This document shows, one piece after another, positions 46,614-50,824 of a stretch of DNA of 50,824 nucleotides. Origin of the DNA: Deltaproteobacteria bacterium (GTDB taxonomy: Bacteria > Desulfobacterota > Deferrimicrobia > Deferrimicrobiales > Deferrimicrobiaceae); contig DAOUUI010000001.1 in NCBI GenBank assembly GCA_030668225.1, positions 1 to 50,824 of the forward strand, read 5' to 3'. The first letter of the stretch is position 1, and the number at the start of each line of letters is the position of its first letter. The notes below the pieces were generated by a model, which was not told where the DNA came from, did no database searches, and worked only from the letters and a program-made list of their open reading frames with translations. The translations under genes were made by a program, and so were the position numbers.

Positions 46614-49115
46614 ATGGGAAATATTCCTGATTTCGTAAAAAAACCTTCGCGGTATAGCGGAGCCGAAGTAAGGCCCGCTCTCCTTCCGTGGGAAGAGGCG
46701 GAAACCCGCATTCTCCTGGCCTTCCCGGATGTCTACGAGATCGGCATGTCGCACCTCGGCATCCTCCTGCTTTACGAGCTTCTCAACGCCCGGCGGAAAA
46801 CGCTCTGCGAGCGGGTCTTTGCGCCCTGGAGAGACATGGAGGAGCACCTGCGAGACACAGGGGCACCCCTCCTCGCGCTCGAATCCGGGCGGCCCGCCCG
46901 CGATTTCGACGTGCTCGGGTTCTCCCTAAGCTACGAACTGACCTACACGAACGTTCTGGCCATGCTCGAGCTGGCCGGGATCCCCCTCGTTCACCGGGAG
47001 CGCGGAGAGAGCGATCCGCTTGTCCTGGCGGGAGGCGTCTGCACCCTCAACCCGGCACCCGTGGCGGAATTCTTCGACGCTCTCCTCGTTGGCGACGGCG
47101 AAGAGGCGATCCTGGAAATCGTGGAACTGGTGGAGGAGAGGAAGAGGCGAAACGGGAAAAGGGTCGAACTGCTCCGCAACCTGTCTGCGATCAAGGGGGT
47201 TTACGTCCCGGAGGTCTCCACGACGGTTTCCCGAAGAGTCCTTCCCGACCTGGCGGATTCGCCCCTTACCTCCTCCCCCATCCTGCCCGCAATGCGCGTC
47301 GTGCACGACCGTCTGAGCGTCGAGATCTCCCGGGGATGCACCCGCGGGTGTCGGTTCTGCCAGGCGGGATACGTGTACCGGCCCGTCCGGGAGAGAGACC
47401 CGAAGCGATTGCTTCGCTATCTCCAGGAAGTCGCGCCGAAGACCGGCTACGACGAGATCGGCCTTCTTTCGCTTTCGGCAGCAGACTACGGCTGCATCGA
47501 CCGGTTGATCACCGACGCCATGGAGACCCTCTCCCCCGAGAGAATCTCCCTGTCCCTCCCGTCCCTTCGGATGGATGCGCTCCGGGAGAATACCGTTCGA
47601 GAGATCCGGAAAGTCCGGAAGAGCGGATTCACGCTCGCGCCGGAGGCCGGAACGGAGAGGCTCCGCCGGACCATCAACAAGGAGATGGGCGATGGCGACC
47701 TGTTGCGCGCGGCCGAGTGGATATTCGCCAACGGATGGCAGACGCTCAAGCTCTATTTCATGGTAGGTCTTCCGGGGGAGACGGCGGAGGACGTCCGGGC
47801 AATCGGGGAACTGATCCGGAAGGTGGCCGCGGTCGCACGCCGGCACGGAAAGCGGAATTCCGTGACTGCGAGCGTCTCATCCTTCATCCCCAAGCCGCAC
47901 ACTCCCTTCCAGTGGGAGCGGCAGATCGGAAGGGAGGAAACCAGGGAGCGCGTGGGGATCATCCGGGCGGCGGTCGGACGGGACCGGAACGCGGACGTCA
48001 AGTTTCACTCGCCGGAAGTTTCCGAACTGGAGGGTACCTTTTCGCGCGGAGACAGCCGCCTCTCCGCGGTAATCCTTTCCGCCTATCGCCGGGGTGCGAG
48101 ATTCGATGCATGGACCGAGGAGTTCCGTCCGGATGCATGGAGCGAGGCGTTCCGGGAAGCGAGGATCGACCCCGCCTCGTACCGACGGGAACGGGATCCG
48201 GCCGCTCCGCTGCCCTGGGACATGGTGGACGCGGGGATCGACCGGGACTTCCTTCTGTCCGAACGGGAGAAAATGCGCGCGGAAGAGACGACGCCCGATT
48301 GCCGCGCGGACGGGATATGCGCTTCCTGCGGTGCATGTCCCCCGGGCATTGCCAACATCACCTATTCCCCCGGTCCGGTTCGGGAGGACGGGGAGAACGC
48401 GCACCGGCAGGCGCCCGACGCGGATCCCCGAAGCGACAGCGGAGTCCGTCATATCGTGCGAATACGGTATGCCAAGGAGGGCCCGGCAAGAACCCTGAGC
48501 GGCCTGGAGATCCAATCCCTGTGGGGGCGATCCCTGCGCCGGGCCGGGTTCCCCGTGGCGTACAGCCAGGGATACAATCCCGCTCCCCGGCTGTCCTTTT
48601 CCCACGCCCTCCCCGTCGGTACGGAAAGCCTCGCGGAGTACGTGGAGACGGAATTTCGTTTCCCCGTTCCTCCGGCCGAGATCGAAAGGAAACTCCCTCC
48701 CTGTCTCCCCCGCGGGATCTCCCTCGGGGAAGTCCGGCAGGTGCCCCCGGGGACACCGCGGCTCTCCGACTTCGACCTGTCCTGCTGCTACGCCATCCAC
48801 CCGGTCCCCCCCCACTCAACGCCGGAGGAGATCACCCCGAAAAGGGTGGAGGCGGCATGGCGCACCTTCCGTGCTTCCTGCGGATTTCCGATGGTCGTAG
48901 AGAAGGAGAGGGGCAGATCCGAGATCGATCTCAAACCGCTGGTCACCAATTTCTTGGTGAACGGGGAGGCCCTCTTCATTACAATCATTCATGGAACCGG
49001 CAAGGGGGCCCGGCCGCTCGACGCAGCGGGTGCGATTCTGGGGAATGCGCTTCCGCCCCGCCGATTCTCGGTAAAAAAGTTGTCTGCCGATTTTATTCCC
49101 CGTCGGAAGGAATAA
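46614..49115 (+). CDS. Radical SAM protein, fusion of a TIGR03960-like B12-binding-domain/radical SAM module with a TIGR03936 (DUF2344)-like C-terminal module
   Basis: FVKKPSRYSGAEV start, CTRGCRFCQAGY (CxxxCxxC). The C-terminal VRIRYAKEGPARTLSGLEIQSLWGRSLRRAGFPVAYSQGYNP resembles DUF2344. Confidence 0.85.
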   Translation: MGNIPDFVKKPSRYSGAEVRPALLPWEEAETRILLAFPDVYEIGMSHLGILLLYELLNARRKTLCERVFAPWRDMEEHLRDTGAPLLALESGRPARDFDVLGFSLSYELTYTNVLAMLELAGIPLVHRERGESDPLVLAGGVCTLNPAPVAEFFDALLVGDGEEAILEIVELVEERKRRNGKRVELLRNLSAIKGVYVPEVSTTVSRRVLPDLADSPLTSSPILPAMRVVHDRLSVEISRGCTRGCRFCQAGYVYRPVRERDPKRLLRYLQEVAPKTGYDEIGLLSLSAADYGCIDRLITDAMETLSPERISLSLPSLRMDALRENTVREIRKVRKSGFTLAPEAGTERLRRTINKEMGDGDLLRAAEWIFANGWQTLKLYFMVGLPGETAEDVRAIGELIRKVAAVARRHGKRNSVTASVSSFIPKPHTPFQWERQIGREETRERVGIIRAAVGRDRNADVKFHSPEVSELEGTFSRGDSRLSAVILSAYRRGARFDAWTEEFRPDAWSEAFREARIDPASYRRERDPAAPLPWDMVDAGIDRDFLLSEREKMRAEETTPDCRADGICASCGACPPGIANITYSPGPVREDGENAHRQAPDADPRSDSGVRHIVRIRYAKEGPARTLSGLEIQSLWGRSLRRAGFPVAYSQGYNPAPRLSFSHALPVGTESLAEYVETEFRFPVPPAEIERKLPPCLPRGISLGEVRQVPPGTPRLSDFDLSCCYAIHPVPPHSTPEEITPKRVEAAWRTFRASCGFPMVVEKERGRSEIDLKPLVTNFLVNGEALFITIIHGTGKGARPLDAAGAILGNALPPRRFSVKKLSADFIPRRKE

Positions 49116-49116
49116 G

Positions 49117-50646
49117 ATGGAAAAAGGAAACAAGCTCATCGTCATCAACTCCGCCCCGTACGAGACGCGCGTCGCGACGCTCGAATCCGGGATCCTCGTT
49201 GATTTCCTCCTCGAACGCGGTGACGACCGGGACATCATCGGCAACATCTTCAAGGGGAAGGTCATCCGCGTCCTCCCGGGGATGCAGGCCGCCTTCGTGG
49301 ATATCGGGATCGAGAAGGCGGGGTTCCTGTACGCCGGCGACTTCGTTACCCCCCGGCTCGAGTTCGACTCCGACGAACACGGGAATGAGGACCACGCGGA
49401 AGACATCGACATCCACGAGGCCCGGTTCCCCCGGGAGCAGTTCATCCCCCCGATCGAGGGATTGATCCGGGAGGGCCAGCATCTCATCGTGCAGGTGGCC
49501 AAGGAGCCACTGGGGACCAAGGGGGCGCGGATCACCAGCCACATCACTCTCCCCGGCAGGTACCTCGTGCTCCTCACCTGGTCCGGGCACATCGGCATTT
49601 CCCGACGGATCGAGGATCCCGTGGAGCGGGAGAGGCTCCACGAGATCGTGGAAAAGATCCGCCTGAACGGGATGGGAGCCATCGTCCGTACCGCGGCGGA
49701 GGGAAAAACGGATTCCGAAATGAAGGCGGACATGGATTACCTGGTCCACCACTGGGACACGATCCGGAAGAAGGGCGAGGCTGCGAGCGCTCCCGCCCTT
49801 ATTCATCGCGAGCTCTCCCTTTCCCTCCGTGCCGTGCGCGACATGTTCACCGCGGACATGGACAGGATCGTCGTCGACTCGGAGGAGGAACACCTCCGCA
49901 TCCGGGAATTCGCGTCCCAGTTCTTTCCCGGCCTGCGGGACCGGATCGAGCTGTTCCAGGGGGGCCAGCCGATCTTCGAGCATTACGGCATCGAGATCGA
50001 GCTCGCCCGGGCCCTCGACAAGAAGGTATGGCTGAAAAGCGGTGGCTACATCGTGATCGAGCAGACCGAGGCGCTCACCGTCATCGACGTCAACACCGGG
50101 AAATACGTGGGCCGATCCTCCCTCGAGGAGACGACCGCCAAGATCAACCTCGAGGCGGTGAAGGAGATCGTCTACCAGCTCCGCCTGCGCAACATCGGCG
50201 GGATCATCATCATCGATTTCATCGACATGAAGACCGAGGAGAACCGGGAGAAGGTGTACCAGACGCTCGTCGACGCTTTACGCGCCGACAGGAGCAAGAC
50301 GACTATCTGCAAGATCTCGGAGCTCGGCCTTGTCGAGATGACGCGCAAGCGGGTGCGGGAGAGCCTCTCCCGCTCGCTTTCGGAAGCGTGTCCCTACTGC
50401 TCGGGAGAAGGGATCATCAAGTCGAAGAAGACGATCTGCTACGAGATTTTCCGTGCATTCGAGCGCCAGGCGCCCCTCCTGGCGGGGAAGCAGGCTTCCC
50501 TGTACGTCCACCCTGCGCTCGCGGAGGAGATGTTCGGCGAGCATCGCCGTTTCATCGAGATGATCGAGAACCGGTTCGGGATGAAGGTGAACATCTCCGC
50601 CTCCGAGAAGTTCCACGTCGAGCAGTATCAGATCGAGATTTCCTGA
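49117..50646 (+). CDS. rng: Ribonuclease G / RNase E-G family endoribonuclease
   Basis: 509 aa. S1 domain (GNIFKGKVIRVLPGMQAAFVDIG), VIDVNTGK, IIIIDFIDM, and a CPYCSGEG zinc link. Confidence 0.9.
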   Translation: MEKGNKLIVINSAPYETRVATLESGILVDFLLERGDDRDIIGNIFKGKVIRVLPGMQAAFVDIGIEKAGFLYAGDFVTPRLEFDSDEHGNEDHAEDIDIHEARFPREQFIPPIEGLIREGQHLIVQVAKEPLGTKGARITSHITLPGRYLVLLTWSGHIGISRRIEDPVERERLHEIVEKIRLNGMGAIVRTAAEGKTDSEMKADMDYLVHHWDTIRKKGEAASAPALIHRELSLSLRAVRDMFTADMDRIVVDSEEEHLRIREFASQFFPGLRDRIELFQGGQPIFEHYGIEIELARALDKKVWLKSGGYIVIEQTEALTVIDVNTGKYVGRSSLEETTAKINLEAVKEIVYQLRLRNIGGIIIIDFIDMKTEENREKVYQTLVDALRADRSKTTICKISELGLVEMTRKRVRESLSRSLSEACPYCSGEGIIKSKKTICYEIFRAFERQAPLLAGKQASLYVHPALAEEMFGEHRRFIEMIENRFGMKVNISASEKFHVEQYQIEIS

Positions 50647-50650
50647 CCGA

Positions 50651-50678
50651 ACATCCCGCATTCTTCTGTGCGGGATGT
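50651..50678 (+). terminator. 10-bp perfect hairpin just after the rng stop
   Basis: ACATCCCGCA-ttcttctg-TGCGGGATGT, starting 5 nt after the TGA. No clear U-tract follows, so this is a terminator or an RNA-stability element. Confidence 0.35.
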
Positions 50679-50724
50679 ACTCCGGCGAACCGACCCGCTT
50701 CTGTCTCTGGTTCATGGGAGAAAG

Positions 50725-50763
50725 GAAAAAAAATCCCCCGGGAAACCATCTCCCGGGGGATTT
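50725..50763 (-). terminator. Intrinsic terminator for a convergent minus-strand gene entering from the right edge (A-tract/hairpin/T-tract, potentially bidirectional)
   Basis: AAATCCCCCGGGA-N7-TCCCGGGGGATTT is a 13-bp stem. On the minus strand it is followed by an 8-T run. A minus-strand frame ends with TGA at 50798..50796, about 33 nt upstream of the hairpin. Confidence 0.55.
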
Positions 50764-50824
50764 CCTTTCCGCCCGATTTTCCTACGATGTCGAACTCACG
50801 GCTCAAGGGGGCAGGGCTCGTTGC

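Noticed and set aside
46526-46711. N-terminal extension of the NTPase-kinase ORF back to ATG 46711.
   Set aside because: It would overlap the divergently transcribed radical SAM gene (start 46614) by about 100 nt and would run through an AT-rich promoter-like stretch. The extension has no domain features. The internal GTG 46525 lacks a strong SD, so the exact start remains uncertain.
46688-49465. 925-aa same-strand alternative frame across the radical SAM gene and into rng.
   Set aside because: The sequence is R/G/P-rich and featureless. The overlapping +1 frames encode proteins with clear radical SAM (CxxxCxxC) and RNase G motifs.

Overview
High-GC bacterial chromosomal segment, almost entirely housekeeping and mostly minus-strand. 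The gene order resembles Geobacter/Desulfuromonadota (argB-argD-argF-argG-argH-lysA-dapF-dapA-dapB-FAH-dapL, trmFO-xerC-hslVU, pilB-pilT-pilC-pilS); this is an inference from synteny, not a search result. Left to right: a partial thioredoxin-fold gene with an in-frame UGA; a propionyl-CoA carboxylase plus split methylmalonyl-CoA mutase operon; GlcD/GlcF-like oxidase; hemerythrin; a membrane CCG Fe-S oxidoreductase; an HTH-ADP-ribosylglycohydrolase-like fusion; acyl-CoA dehydrogenase with a TetR regulator; IclR; TPR lipoprotein; folK; the dap/lys and arg blocks; hslVU; xerC; a visibly AT-richer spacer; trmFO; the pil cluster; aroE; an HNH protein; selA; GntR plus a sugar-phosphate isomerase-like gene; a STAS protein; a large NTPase-RsbW-like kinase fusion; a fused radical SAM protein; RNase G. 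I saw no rRNA, tRNA, CRISPR array or clear mobile element. Best leads: (1) the NTPase/anti-sigma-kinase fusion coupled to a STAS protein, with no sigma factor or phosphatase nearby; (2) a candidate UxxC selenoprotein with a SECIS-like hairpin, in the same window as selA; (3) an HTH fused to an ARH-like domain with substituted metal-ligand motifs; (4) the spacer interrupting trmFO-xerC, which carries 10-bp phased GACAGA repeats. Several starts were moved from the ORF track on Shine-Dalgarno and start/stop-overlap evidence. The many long R/G/P-rich ORFs in other frames are treated as GC-driven artefacts. All family assignments come from reading motifs by eye.
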